A DNA stretch of 64,000 bases from Candidatus Moraniibacteriota bacterium. GTDB taxonomy: Bacteria; Patescibacteriota; Minisyncoccia; Moranbacterales; UBA2206. Position 1 is the stretch's first letter; every line of letters starts with the position of its first letter. A model generated the notes under the pieces. The model searched no databases and was not told the origin of the DNA. It saw only the letters and a list, made by a program, of their open reading frames with translations. Location of the stretch: NCBI GenBank assembly GCA_013334765.1, contig JAAXWW010000001.1, forward strand, positions 108,589 to 172,588. Reading direction: 5' to 3'. Of this stretch, positions 63,412 through 64,000 are shown in pieces. Made by a program: the position numbers and the translations under genes.

Positions 63412-64000
63412 ATGGATACTGGTATATTATACATTGTCGCGACTCCGATTGGCAACCTGGGAGACATCACTTTCCGCGGGGTTGAAACGCTTAAAAAGGC
63501 TGATTTGATCGTGTGCGAAGACACTAGGACAACTAAGAGGCTCCTTGAGCAGTATGGGATTCCGACTCCGACCGTTTCATTCTATAAGAAGGTTTCCGGT
63601 GGCGGAGGCGTGAAGCCGCAGCCGAAAACGGAAGAAATCATCCGAGAGCTGAAAGCCGGAAAGAACGTGGCCTTCGTGAGCGACGCCGGAACGCCGGGAA
63701 TATCAGATCCGGGGAATCAGCTGGTGGAAGCGGCAATCGCGGAAAACATCTGCGTCATTCCGATTCCCGGGGCATCATCGATCACCTCGCTCATCAGCGT
63801 TTCCGGAATAGATATGCAGAAATTCGTTTTCATGGGGTTCCCGCCGCACAAGAAAGGAAGGGAGACTTTTTTCAAGGAAGTCGTCGCGCTCTCATATCCT
63901 GCCGTCTATCTGGAATCCCCGCATAGGCTAATCAAGAACCTGGAACTTCTCAAAAGCCTTGCTCCTGAAAAGAATATCATCCTCGGCCGTGAGCTCACCA
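63412..64000 (+). CDS. rsmI: 16S rRNA (cytidine1402-2'-O)-methyltransferase RsmI, N-terminal part (continues beyond window)
   Basis: 'LYIVATPIGNLGDITFRG...ADLIVCEDTR' tetrapyrrole-methylase-fold signature; open at the window end. Confidence 0.75.
   Translation, partial: MDTGILYIVATPIGNLGDITFRGVETLKKADLIVCEDTRTTKRLLEQYGIPTPTVSFYKKVSGGGGVKPQPKTEEIIRELKAGKNVAFVSDAGTPGISDPGNQLVEAAIAENICVIPIPGASSITSLISVSGIDMQKFVFMGFPPHKKGRETFFKEVVALSYPAVYLESPHRLIKNLELLKSLAPEKNIILGRELT

Overview
This 64 kb window has about 42% GC, is densely packed with housekeeping genes, and is almost entirely coding. Gene content and style (many aminoacyl-tRNA synthetases, glycolysis, dTMP synthesis, small streamlined genes, several large surface and secreted proteins) fit a reduced-genome bacterium, possibly Patescibacteria/CPR-like. 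That lineage call is inference from content only.

Recognisable genes on the + strand unless noted:
- 1-524: PEP-utilising-enzyme C-terminal fragment, cut by the window edge.
- 697-3324: two tandem histidine-phosphatase-family paralogs plus a hypothetical.
- 3356-8343: ruvX, a lipoprotein, galT, dedA, tpiA, fba.
- 8386-15892: a hydrogenase locus, described below.
- 15931-18521: gap and a D-aminoacylase.
- 18580-18732 (-): tRNA-Ile(GAU) and tRNA-Ala(UGC).
- 19029-21172: secE-nusG-rplK-rplA.
- 21283-25692: a dNTP/dTMP cluster (two P-loop kinase paralogs, dCMP deaminase, thyA, folA, dcd).
- 25774-33099: a Nudix protein (-), gatB, miaA and miaB (-), thrS (-).
- 33504-34109: a GC-rich secreted protein.
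- 34261-42595: a SIMPL protein, dnaE (-), rnhB, a pyrE-like PRTase, argS, a rhodanese.
- 43725-56818: ileS preceded by a T-box-like leader, then a CAP protein, recO, a DUF11 surface protein, tgt, a U32 peptidase, a DKNYY-repeat protein and a CHAP+CARDB secreted hydrolase.
- 57252-64000: glyQS, an M32 carboxypeptidase, an M16 peptidase, an AI-2E transporter, a membrane hydrolase-like protein (-), and the start of rsmI.

The most unusual region is 8386-15892. It encodes NuoE- and NuoF-like diaphorase subunits, then a HoxU/NuoG-like iron-sulfur subunit carrying an appended C-terminal domain with degenerate [FeFe]-hydrogenase H-cluster motifs. After that come hypC, an unknown 239-aa ORF, a [NiFe]-hydrogenase small subunit with a lysine-rich N-terminal extension, a large subunit that ends exactly at DPCxxCxxH, and a cysteine-free HypA-like protein. 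A GxxExxY (PD-(D/E)XK) gene flanked by 'TACGAAT'-type inverted repeats sits precisely between the small and large subunit genes.

Two repeat families are visible by eye. One is a GxxExxY element with terminal inverted repeats, present as two gene-carrying copies and one empty copy. The other is a roughly 145-175 bp MITE-like palindromic element at four intergenic sites, including between rplK and rplA, plus a possibly related long hairpin. Two patches have markedly higher GC (33.5-34.1 kb at about 62%, and 3.9-4.7 kb) and look like acquired genes for secreted or lipoproteins. No CRISPR array or rRNA gene was seen.
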